Positions 1 through 12,000 of a stretch of DNA of 22,406 nucleotides are shown here, one piece after another; the stretch's first letter is position 1, and every line of letters begins with the position of its first letter. Origin of the DNA: Bdellovibrionota bacterium. Its GTDB lineage: Bacteria; Bdellovibrionota_C; UBA2361; OMII01. The notes under the pieces were generated by a model, which did no database searches, was not told the origin of the DNA, and saw only the letters and a program-made list of their open reading frames with translations. The stretch spans positions 1-22,406 of the forward strand of contig JBIJBE010000085.1 of assembly GCA_044345405.1 (NCBI GenBank), given 5' to 3'. Made by a program: the position numbers and the translations under genes.

Positions 1-1
1 C

Positions 2-3000
2 GGTCATGGTTGCGGTGCGTGTTGGCGTCGCCGTCGCGCTCTCGGTCGCCGTCTCAGTCGGTGTTCGCGTCGGCGTAGAAGTCGCCGATTCAGTCGCTGT
101 GGCTGTTTGCGTCGCCGTCAACGTTGGCGTGCGTGTAGGTGTTGGCGTAACGGTTGGAGTCGTTGTCGGTGTTACCGTCGCCGTCGCGGTGATTGTTGCC
201 GTGCCTGTCGGTGTTGCCGTTGCGCTCTCGGTCGCCGTCTCGGTCGGTGTTCGTGTCGACGTAGACGTCGCCGATTCAGTCGCCGTAGCTGTTTGCGTCG
301 CCGTCAACGTTGGCGTGCGTGTCGGTGTTGGTGTAACGGTTGGAGTCGTTGTAGGCGTTACGGTCGCCGTCGCGGTCATTGTTGCCGTGGCCGTCGGTGT
401 CGCCGTTGCGCTCTCGGTCGCGGTCTCGGTCGGTGTACGTGTTGGCGTTGTAGTCGCTGTGGTCGTAGCGGTTGAGGTGGACGTGGCTGTGTAGGTGGCG
501 GTTCGGCTCGGCGTCGTGGTCGCGGTAGCGGATGGAGAGGCGGTCGCGGTACTCGTTGCGGTCTCCGTAGGTGTCGCCGATGGCGTTCGAGTGAAGGTCA
601 CGGTCGCGCTCGCCGTTGGAGTTGCCGTAGTTGTCGTTGTCTGAGTCGGCGTTAAAGTTGAAGTTGCGGTGGCCGTCAACGTGATCGACGGAGTCGCGGT
701 TAATGTTTGAGTCGGTGTGGTGGTCGGAGTCTCCGTCGGGCTTGCTGTCGCCGTCGGGGTCGCGGTTCCTGTCGCGGTGATAGTTACAGTAGCCGTCATC
801 GTCGGCGTTAGCGTTGCTGTCGGTGTGGTGGTTGCCGTTTGCGTTCCGGAAGGTGTCGGCGTCGGCGAGGTTGTGCTCGTAGCCGTTATCGTCGGAGTAA
901 GTGTCGCGGTGCGGGTTGGCGAACTCGTTGGCGTTGCGGTTTCAGTGGAAGTGCTTGTAGCCGTCTCCGTGGCCGTTGCCGTGTGAGTCGGAGTTGAGGT
1001 CGCGCTTTGTGTCGGCGTCGTGGTGCTTGTCATGCTCGGGGTAGTGGTCGGAGTCACGGTTGCGGTTTGAGTTGGTGTCGGGCTATTCGTTGGCGTTGTC
1101 GTGGCTGTCGCCGTGACAGTGATTGTGCTCGTCGCGGACGGTGTGAGCGTTGATGTAGGTGTTGGGCTTGTCGTGACGGTGGTCGTCGGTGTCTCTGTCG
1201 GAGTAGCGGTGGCAGTTGACGTTGGAGTGTAGGTTACGGTGTCAGTGACCGTGGCTGTTGGGGTCAACGTGCTCGTCGCGGTCATGGTAGGCGTAATGGT
1301 CGACGATGCTGTAGCCGTTGGCGTATCCGTCGCGGTTCCCGTCGGGGTCGCCGTGTTCGTCGCGGTCTCCGTTGGCGTAACGGTAACCGTCTCTGTGGCT
1401 GTTTGACTCGCCGTCATAGTAGCCGTTGCCGTCGGTGTCAGGGTAAGGGTTGGCGTAACACTTGGTGTCTCTGTCGGACTAGCGGTCGCGGTTACGGTGA
1501 CCGTCGTCGTGGCGGTCATCGTGGCTGTCGCGGAGGCCGTGATGGTCGGTGAGGTCGTTGGGGTTTCAGTTAGTGTGGACGTAGCCGTCGGAGAGGTGGT
1601 CGGTGTTTCGGTCGGCGACGCGGTCGCGCTCTCGGTTGCCGTCGCGGTCGGCGTCTCTGTGGAGGTTTGTGTCGGGGTAATGGTCGGTGTGCCCGTTGAG
1701 GTAGTCGTCGACGTCAACGTTGGAGTGCTTGTAGGCGTAGCCGTGTGCGTAGCTGTATGAGTCGGCGTTTCGGTCGGCGTAATCGTCGCGGTCGCGGTTA
1801 TTGTATCCGTCGGCGTCGTTGTTGGAGTTTCGGTCGGTGTAGTGGTTGAGGTCACCGTGACGGTTGGTGTTTCCGTCGGCGTATCAGTCGGTGTCTCTGT
1901 TGGCGTCGCAGTTCCTGTACGTGTCGCCGTCGCTGACGCGGTGATAGTTACGGTGTGAGTTGGGGTCGTCGTTGCGGTCGCTGTCGGCGTGATGGTAGCG
2001 GTTTCGGTTGCTGTGTCTGTCGGCGTACTAGTCGCGGTATCGGTCGGTGTCGAGGTCGGTGTCTCCGTCGCTGTTATGGTCGGGGTGGCCGATGGAGTCA
2101 TCGAGGCGGTCGCCGTTGGTGTCACGGTCGAGGTATCGGTCGGAGTTAGCGTCGGTGTGTGCGTCGAGGAAGCGGTTGCCGTCGCGGTCGCTGTACTCGT
2201 GAACGTTGGGGTCTCGCTCGGTGTCGCCGTAGCGGATGAAGTCGGTGTATCGGTAGGCGTGGACGTTGGCGTCATAGTCGACGTCGCCGTCGCGGTCAGT
2301 GTCGCGGTTTCAGTTGGGGTCAGGGTCGGTGTGTATGTGGCCGTGACGGTCGGGGTCGACGTGGTCGTCGGCGTCAGGGTCGGAGTTATGGTCGGCGTTA
2401 CGCTCTCCGTTGGGGTCGGTGAAGGGGTTTGCGTCGCGCTACTTGTCGCTGTGATGGTAGGCGTAACTGACGGGCTTTCAGTCGGCGTAGGTGATGATGT
2501 TTCCGTCGGTGTCACGCTCGGCGTCGTTGTTGCACTTGCGGTCGCTGTCGCGGTGAGCGTCGCTGTTGGCGTGGTCGTCGGGGTTTCCGTGGCGGTGGTC
2601 GTAGCTGTCTGAGTCGAAGTTGCTGAAGCCGTTATCGTGGCCGTAGTTGTCGGCGTGACAGATGGCGTCTCTGTAAGTGTCGTCGTAGGCGTCGCCGTCG
2701 TGGTCGCGGTGGCACTTTGGGTTGGGGTTTCGGTGGCGGTGAAGGTTGGGCTCTCGGACGGAGTGGCCGTTGGCGTCGTTGACGGGGTTCCCGTTGGAGT
2801 TTCCGTGGTGGTCGCCGTTACGGTCGGAGTCTCCGTTGGCGTAGACGTCGCGGTATCTGTCGCCGTTTCTGTTGGAGTCGTTGTTGGCGTTTCCGTAACT
2901 GTCGTGGTCGCCGTCGGGCTATGAGAAGCCGTCGGAGTCTGTGACGGTGTCGCTGTTTGTGTGGCAGTCGCCGTACTCGTCGCCGTCTCAGTTGGGGTCG

Positions 3001-6000
3001 CGGTCGCGGTGTGGGTTGGCGTTTCGCTCGGTGTAACGGTGGTGGTCTCTGTTGGTGTTGCTGTCGACGTCAGAGTCGGAGTGGCGGTTACCGTCGCAGT
3101 GAATGTTGGCGATGGGGTCGACGTGGCCGTCGTTGTAGCGGTTGTCGTAGCGGTAGCTGTCCAGGTTTGAGTTGGTGTTTCGGTTGGCGTTTGAGTAATG
3201 GTCGGCGAAGAGGTTGGGGTCGGGGTTGAGGTAGCTGTAGCGGTTGGTGTCTCCGTATAGGTTTCCGTTGGAGACGCTGTAGGAGTGCCTGTTGCCGTCT
3301 CAGTCGCGGTCGTTGTGGATGAACTTGTTGGAGTACTCGTTTCCGTTGGCGTTTCGGTAACCGTAATAGTCGCGGTGGCCGTCTCTGTGAGCGTTGGCGT
3401 GACCGTCGCGGTATCTGTAGGAGTTACGGTCGGTGATGACGACGGCGAGGCCGTAGCGGTCGATGTCTCGGTTTGAGTGGCAGTTATACTTGGCGTCACT
3501 GTCGCCGTCAGCGTTGGAGTCTCCGTCGTCGTAACTGTCGGCGTTATCGTAGACGTCTCCGTAGGCGTTAGGCTCGCGGTGTGCGTCGGCGTAAGCGTTG
3601 GGCTTACGCTCGGAGTCGGTGTCGTCGTGCTGGTTGGTGTCTCTGACGGAGTGAGTGACGGGGTAACCGTTACGCTCGCCGTGGACGTTGGGGTGTCTGT
3701 GGTTGTCTCGGTTGGCGTCACGCTCGCGGTTCCGGTTGGCGTGAAGGTCGCGGTCTCAGTCGGAGTCGCGGTAACCGTCAGGGTTGCGGTCACCGTGTGA
3801 GTCACGGTCGATGTCTCTGTCGGTGTCACCGTTGCTGTCGCGCTCGCCGTCTCGGATGGAGTCGATGTCGGCGAGGCAGTGGCGGTCACTGTTGATGTCT
3901 CTGTTGACGTGTGTGTCGGAGTTGGAGTCACCGTTGCTGTAGCCGTTACTGTGCTGGTTTCAGTCGCCGTTATCGTTGGAGTCAAGGATGGAGTCGTTGT
4001 TGCCGTCCATGTCGCGCTCGAGGTCGGCGTCACTGTTGGAGTTTCCGTCGAGGTCAAGGTCGGAGTCGCGGTCGCGGTCGTTGTGGCGGTCACCGTTTCG
4101 CTTGGCGTCGCGCTCGCCGTCATTGTCGCGGTCGCGGTAGGAGTATGGGTCACCGTCTCGGTCGGCGTCGATGTTGGCGACTCGGTCGCTGTGCCCGTTG
4201 CCGTCACCGTGACCGTCGCGGAACCGGTCGGTGTTGTGGTCGGTGTACCTGTCGCGGTCTCCGTAGCTGTCTCAGTTGGCGTTACGCTCGGGCTCGCCGT
4301 CGTCGTTACGGTCGGCGTTTCCGTTGGGGTCGTGGTCGGAGTTTGGGTCGGTGTTGTCGTCGATGTCTCGGTCGCTGTTGGGGATGCCGTCTCGGTCGCC
4401 GTGACGGTAGCCGTGCCCGTTGACGTCGCGGTCGCGGTACTGGTCGGGGTAGGTGTCACGGTCACTGTCGCGGTGTCGGTCGGCGTTACAGTTGGGGTCT
4501 CCGTGGCGGTGACAGTCGGGAGGGCTGTCGCCGTTCCAGTCGCTGTCACCGATGGAGTGGTCGTCGACGTCGCGGAAGGAGTCGCGCTTGCGGTCTCGGT
4601 CGCCGTTTGAGATGGCGTCGCGCTCGGTGTTCCCGTCGGCGTCTCGGTCGACGTGCTCGTCGATGTCGGCGTAGAGGTAACCGTTTCAGTTTCAGTCGGT
4701 GTCGCTGTCGCGGTTTCGGTCGGCGTTACAGTAGCTGTTCCAGTCGCGGTATGAGATGGGGTCGTGGTCGGCGTAGAGGTCGCGGTTCCTGTAGCGGTCG
4801 CGCTCGCGGTTTCTGTAGGTGTCGCGCTCGGCGTCACCGTGGCGGTCTCGGTAGCTGTGCCACTTGGCGTCGCAGTCTCCGTTGATGTTGGAGTCTCGGT
4901 AGGTGTTGATGTCACCGTTTCAGTTGACGTCGCCGTCGCTGTCGCTGTCACGGTCTGGGATGGTGTCAGGGTCGGTGTCTCAGTCGCGGTCGCCGTCGTT
5001 GTCGCCGTCGGCGTTTCGGTTGGTGTCTCACTAGGTGTAGCGGTCGCGGTCTGCGAAGCGGTCGGTGTCAAAGTCGCGCTGGCGGTCGCTGTAGGTGTCT
5101 CAGTAGTAGTGGCGGTGGCTGTCTGTGTTGGTGTGGTGGTTGCCGTTCCGGTACTCGTATGTGTCGGTGTGACGGAAGGCGTTTCAGTCGGAGTTACCGT
5201 CGTTGTGGCCGTCGGCGTCTCGGTTGCTGTTTCAGTTGTCGTAGCGGTGGCGCTCGGCGTTGAGCTCGGCGTCTCGGTTGGCGTTGTTGTTGTCGTCCCC
5301 GTAGCTGTCTCTGTCGGACTTGCGCTCGGGCTCGCGGTTGCCGTTACGGTCGGAGTTTCCGTCGGCTCCGCCGTTGCTGTGGCGGTTGACGTTACCGTGG
5401 CGGTAGCGGTCGCTGTCGAGGAAGCCGTTACGGTCGCGGTCGCGGTGGCCGTACCAGTTGCGGTCTCGGTGGCAGTGCTGGTTGAGGTTGCGGTCGGCGT
5501 CTCTGTGGCCGTCTCAGTCGATGTCTGAGTCGGGGTCGCCGTCAACGTGACGGTCGGAGTTACCGTCGCGGTCGGGGTCGGCGTCTCCGTTGGTGTCTCT
5601 GTTGCCGTCGCGGTAGCCGTCATCGAAGCGGTTACCGTCGGTGTCGGAGTCACGGTCGAGGTCGACGTTTCGGTCGCGGTTCCAGTCGGTGTCGGGCTCG
5701 GTGTTTCAGTCGGAGTCTCGGTGTTCGTCGAAGTCGGTGAGGCCGTAGAAGTTGCCGTTGGAGTTTCGGTTGGCGTATCGGTGGCGGTGGCTGTGGCCGT
5801 TACGGTCGGTGTTGCTGTAACCGTACTAGTCGGTGTTGTGGTAACGGTAGCGGTCGCTGTAGCGGTTGCCGTCTCTGTAGGGGTCTCAGTTGGTGTGGCG
5901 CTCGGCGTCACCGTCGGCGTTTCTGTGCTTGTCTCTGTCGCGGTCGCCGTTGGCGTGCGTGTAGGCGTTTCCGTAGCGGTGGCCGTTACGGTTTCGGTCG

Positions 6001-9000
6001 GCGTCATGGTCGCGGTGTTCGACGCCGTTACGGTTGGTGATGTTGTCGGTGTGATGGTTGCCGTAACGGTCGATGTGAGCGTAGCCGTTTCCGTCGCCGT
6101 GGCGGTGGCCGTCAGCGTGGAGGTCTCGGTCGCGGTCGCCGTTGGAGTCGCTGTCAGAGTGATCGTTGGGGTCAGCGATGGAGTAGCGGTTGGGGTCGTC
6201 GTCGGCGTTATCGTTGAGGTGCTGGTCGCCGTTTGCGTAGGTGTCGCGCTGCCCGTGGTCGTCGCTGTTGCGGTCCATGTTTCGGTTGGGGTCTCGGTCG
6301 GCGTCTCGCTCGGTGTCGTTGTTGCCGTTTGAGTCGCTGTCTCAGTAGGCGTACCCGTTGTAGTTGTGGTTGGAGTCTGGGTAGCGGTTGAGGTGGCGGT
6401 CTCGGTCGTGGTCGGCGTAGAGGTCGGTGTTCCCGTCACCGTAGGTGTTGCGGAAGGTGTCCCTGTCGCTGTTCGGGTTGGAGAGGCGGTCGGTGGGATC
6501 GTAGCGGTTTCAGTCGCGGTCACTGTAGGCGTATTTGTCGCCGTCAGAGATGGAGTAGAGGTTGCTGTGGAGGTCGTGGTCGCTGTTCCCGTCGCAGTCG
6601 CCGTCTCAGTCGCCGTTGCGGTCACGGTAGCCGTCGCGGTCGCCGTTATGGTCGGTGTCGCGCTTGCCGTCTCGGTCAAGGTCGGCGTCGGTGTTTGAGA
6701 TGGCGAAGCGCTCGGTGTCGCGGTTTCGGTTTGGGTCGCCGTTTCCGTCGGTGTCAACGTAGATGTCTCCGTCGGTGTCACCGTCGCCGTCTCACTCGGC
6801 GTTACGGTTGGCGTTACGGTCGGTGTCGACGTCGCCGTGCCAGTCGGTGTACCGGTCGGGGTGTCGGTCGCCGTTGCTGTTGGAGAGGCCGTAACGGTCT
6901 CAGTCGGCGTGAGCGTAGCGGTCTCGGTCGCCGTTGTGGTTGCTGTTTGGGTGTGAGTCGACGTCGCGGTGCTCGTAGCGGTCACCGTTGGAGTGGAGCT
7001 TGAGGTCGCTGTCGGAGTGCCCGTCGGAGTAATCGTGACGGTACGGGTCGCGGTCGCAGTCGGCGTCTCTGTGGGTGTGTGAGAAGGCGTCGCGGTTGTG
7101 GTGAATGTCGGCGTTTCACTTGGAGTCGAGGTTGTCGTCGTTGTGGGCGTTACAGTTGGCGTCGACGACGCCGTATGAGTTGGTGTCGTTGATGGCGTTA
7201 TCGACGCGGTGCCCGTCGGTGTTTCGGTCGCGGTCTCTGACGGAGTCGCGCTCGGCGTCGACGTGGTTGTTGCCGTAGGCGTGAACGTGGCGCTTCCGGT
7301 CGGCGTAATGGTGGCTGTGTGTGTTGGAGTATCGGTCGCGGTGGCGCTCGGAGTCGTCGTCCACGTACCGGTGGATGTTAAGGTCGGTGTGGTGGTTGGT
7401 GTGGCGGTAGCGGTACCGGTCGAGGTACTCGTCGCGGTGAGTGTGGCTGTCGGTGTCTCCGTAGGTGTTGCGGTCGGTGTGTGTGTCGATGAAGCTGTCG
7501 CGGTCTCCGTCGGCGTATGTGTAGCCGTGCCGCTCGGTGTCGACGTTGGTGTTGCACTCGCCGTTTGAGTCGCAGTTTCGGTTGGGAAAGGCGTAATAGT
7601 CTGCGTTGGCGTGTCGGTCGGGGTGATTGTCGCTGTTTCGGTCGGCGTAGTCGTTGAGGTCTCCGTTGGTGTTGACGTGCGAGTGAGAGTTGGTGTGCCT
7701 GTCGCCGTGAACGTCGCGGTAGGTGTTGGGGTGAGCGTGGCTGTACCTGTTGCCGTTTCCGTTGGGGATGGGGTCAGTGATGGTGTGACGGTGGATGTCG
7801 CGCTCGGAGTGTGCGTTCCTGTTATTGTTGGCGTGAACGTTGGCGTAGATGTCGCCGTTTCGGTTGCGGTGAGTGTCGGGGTCGCGGTGTTGGTATGAGT
7901 CGGTGTTAACGTTGGGGTCGTGGTTTGTGTCGCCGTTTCGGTCGACGTGGCGGTCGCGGTCTGAGTAACGGTGGCTGTTGGCGTAGAGGTAACCGTCACG
8001 GTTGGAGTCTCTGTCGCGGTAGAGGTCGAAGTGACGGTCGCGGTAGAGGTCGGAGTCTCGGTGCGCGTTGCCGTGAATGTAACGGTCGCGGTGGCGGTCG
8101 TTGTAGGTGTTTCCGATGGCGTCCACGTCGCGGTTTCAGTCGGTGTCACGGTCGGGCTTTGCGTCACGGTAGCCGTTGGAGTGCTCGTGGATGTTTCGGT
8201 GCTGGTCGCTGTCACCGTTGCCGTTGGTGTAGCGGTTGGTGTTTCAGTCGAGGTCGATGTCACCGTCGCGGTTCCAGTTTCCGTCGGCGTGGCCGTCAGC
8301 GTTGTCGTTGGAGAGGCCGTAGGAATCGATGTCTCCGTCGCCGTGGCGGTCTGCGTTGGAGTGCTTGTAGCTGTGCTGGTGCTTGTCGCTGTTGGTGTGG
8401 TCGTTGCGGTGTTGGTTACCGTACCGGTGGCCGTCTCGGTAGGTGATTCGGTCGGTGTCGGGGTCACGGTTTCGGTGGAGGTTACCGTCGGGCTCTCGGT
8501 TGCGGTCAAGGTTGGCGTTGGCGTATTGGTGGCCCCACCCGCAGCCGCGCTTGTGGCCGTGAATGTTGGTGTAGCGGTTTCAGTAAACGTTTCTGTCGGC
8601 GTGACTGTCGCTGTATCGGTAGCCGTCGCGGTTGGAGACTCAGTTGGAGTGTGAGTCACCGTACCCATTACCGTTTCCGTTGGCGTTACCGTCGGCGTGC
8701 TCGTTACCGTTCCCGTTACCGTTTCAGTCGGTGTCTCCGTTGGTGTCTCAGTCACCGTCGCTGTCGCCGTTACGGTAGCTGTCTCAGTTACCGTTCCGGT
8801 CATGGTTACCGTTGGCGACATCGTCGCGGTCGCCGTGGTGGTTGGAGTCTCCGTAACCGTTGGCGTCTGAGTGATTGTCGCGGTCCACGTCACCGTTGGA
8901 GTATGCGTAACGGTGCGGGTAGCGGACGCCGTTGGCGAGATCGTCGGTGTCGGACTTACGGTTGGGGTGTGAGTCACCGTAGCTGTTGAGGTGATCGTTG

Positions 9001-12000
9001 GGGTTTCCGTTACAGTTGGCGTTTCCGTTATAGTTGGCGTCACCGTCGGTGTCGGAGATATCGTCGCGGTATCAGTTATCGTAGCCGTTGCGGTAATAGT
9101 CGGTGTCTCAGTCGGTGTCTCAGTCTCGGTAACTGTCGGCGACACGGTCGCGGTTTCAGTCACGGTAGCGGTTTCCGTAATCGTTGGGGTCTCAGTCACC
9201 GTCTCCGTCGCTGTCTCTGTTGGTGTGACGGTAGCCGTTTCAGTCACCGTTTCCGTTGGCGTTACCGTCGGCGTGCTCGTTACCGTTCCTGTTACCGTCT
9301 CAGTCGGTGTCTCCGTTGCTGTCTCTGTCACCGTCGCAGTAGCCGTTACAGTAGCGGTCTCCGTTACCGTTCCGGTCATGGTTACCGTCGGCGACATCGT
9401 CGCGGTCGCCGTGTTGGTTGGAGTCTCCGTAACCGTTGGCGTCTGAGTAATTGTCGCGGTCCATGTCACCGTTGGAGTATGCGTAACGGTGCGGGTAGCT
9501 GACGCCGTTGGCGAGATCGTCGGTGTCGGGCTCACGGTCGGTGTGTGAGTAACCGTAGCTGTTGAGGTGATCGTTGGCGTTTCTGTAACGGTCGGCGTCA
9601 CCGTCGGTGTCGGAGAGATCGTTGCGGTATCTGTTATCGTAGCCGTTGCGGTAATAGTCGGTGTCTCTGTCGGTGTATCAGTCTCGGTAACTGTCGGTGA
9701 CACGGTCGCGGTTTCAGTCACCGTAGCGGTTTCAGTAATTGTTGGTGTCTCAGTCACCGTCTCCGTCGCCGTCTCAGTCGGTGTGACGGTAGCCGTTTCA
9801 GTCACCGTTTCCGTTGGCGTTACCGTCGGCGTGCTCGTTACCGTTCCTGTTACCGTCTCAGTCGGTGTCTCCGTTGCTGTCTCTGTCACCGTCGCAGTAG
9901 CCGTTACAGTAGCGGTCTCCGTTACCGTTCCGGTCATAGTTACCGTTGGCGACATCGTCGCGGTCGCTGTGTTAGTTGGGGTCTCCGTAACCGTTGGCGT
10001 CTGAGTAATCGTCGCGGTCCATGTCACCGTTGGAGTATGCGTAACGGTGCGGGTAGCTGACGCCGTTGGCGAGATCGTCGGTGTCGGGCTCACGGTTGGG
10101 GTGTGAGTCACCGTAGCTGTTGAGGTGATCGTTGGGGTTTCCGTTACAGTTGCCGTTTCCGTTACGGTCGGCGTCACCGTCGGTGTCGGAGATATCGTCG
10201 CGGTATCAGTTATCGTAGCCGTTGCGGTAATAGTCGGTGTCTCAGTCGGTGTCTCAGTCTCGGTAACTGTCGGCGACACGGTCGCGGTTTCAGTCACCGT
10301 AGCGGTTTCAGTAATCGTTGGGGTCTCCGTCACCGTCTCCGTCGGTGTCTCCGTCGGTGTGACGGTAGCCGTTTCAGTCACCGTTTCCGTTGGCGTTACC
10401 GTTGGCGTGCTCGTTACCGTTCCTGTTACGGTCTCGGTCGGAGTCTCCGTTGCAGTAGCCGTCGCGGTCGCTGTCTCAGTTACGGTCGCGGTCTCAGTTA
10501 CCGTTCCGGTCATAGTTACCGTTGGCGACATCGTCGCGGTCGCCGTGGTGGTTGGAGTCTCCGTAACGGTTGGCGTCTGAGTGATTGTCGCGGTCCATGT
10601 CACCGTTGGAGTATGCGTAACAGTGCGCGTAGCGGACGCCGTTGGCGAGATCGTCGGTGTCGGGCTCACGGTTGGGGTGTGAGTCACCGTAGCTGTTGAG
10701 GTGATCGTTGGCGTTTCCGTTACGGTCGGCGTCACCGTCGGTGTCGGAGATATCGTCGCCGTTTCGGTTATCGTCGCCGTTGCGGTAATAGTCGGTGTCT
10801 CAGTCGGTGTCTCAGTCTCGGTAACCGTCGGCGACACGGTCGCGGTCTCCGTTACCGTAGCGGTTTCCGTAACCGTTGGGGTCTCCGTCACCGTCTCGGT
10901 CGGTGTCTCAGTCGGTGTGACTGTAGCCGTTTCAGTCACCGTTTCCGTTGGCGTTACGGTCGGCGTGCTCGTTACCGTTTCCGTTGCGGTCTCAGTCGGA
11001 GTGTCCGTTGCTGTAGCCGTCACGGTCGCTGTCTCAGTTACGGTTGCCGTCATCGATGAGGTTGGCGAGAGCGTCGGTGTCTCAGTGACCGTTTCGGTCG
11101 GAGTGGCTGTCGCGGTGCTTGTAACTGTTGGGGTGGTCGTTACCGTCGGCGATACCGTCGGTGTATGAGTGCCCGTCGCCGTTGACGTCGTTGTCGGGGT
11201 GTTCGTCACCGTTCCGGTTGGTGTTGGCGTCGGCGACACCGTCGCTGTGGCGGTAACCGTTGAAGTCGCCGTTGACGTTGGAGTGCTGGTCGCTGTGCCG
11301 GTTACCGTGGCGGTCGAGGTAACGGTCGGGGTGCGAGTTACCGTCGCGGTCGGTGAGGTGGTCGGCGTCTCAGTGACGGTAGCGGTACTTGTTGCGGTCG
11401 GCGATACGGTCGGCGTCTGTGTTGTTGTCGGAGTTGAGGTAACGCTCGGCGTCTCTGTCGGCGTTTCGGTCTCAGTTGCCGTCGGGGAGACCGTCGGGGT
11501 CTCAGTAACCGTCGCGGTCACGGTAATCGTCGGAGTCTCCGTTGCGGTCTCGGTCGCCGTCTCCGTTGGTGTAACGGTGGCGGTCTCCGTTACGGTCTCT
11601 GTCGCCGTTTCGGTTGGAGTGCTTGTGATGGTACCTGTGGCGGTCTCCGTCGGCGTTTCGGTAGGTGTCTCAGTGACTGTCTCCGTGGCCGTGACGGTAG
11701 CCGTCGGGGTCGCGGTTCCAGTCGTTGTGACCGTGGGCGACATCGTCGGTGTCTCGGTAACTGTTTCGGTCGGTGTCACCGTCGCGGTGATTGTGACCGT
11801 GGCGGTACTCGTTACCGTCGGCGTCGTGGTTGGCGTGTGAGTGACTGTCGCGGTCGACGTCGTCGTCGGTGTTCTCGTAGCGGTTCCGGTAGCTGTTGTC
11901 GTTGGCGATACCGTCGCTGTGGCGGTGATGGTCGGTGTCGAAGTTGCCGTTCGGGTACTTGTCGCCGTACCGGTCACGGTAACGGTTGAGGTAACGGTTG

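Noticed and set aside
5886-8126. Minus-strand Asp/His/Asn/Arg-rich ORFs (5886..6278 and 7116..8126)
   Set aside because: They are a shifted frame of the giant ORF. NAC codons arise from the Thr periodicity, and their residues follow the wobble bases of the main frame.
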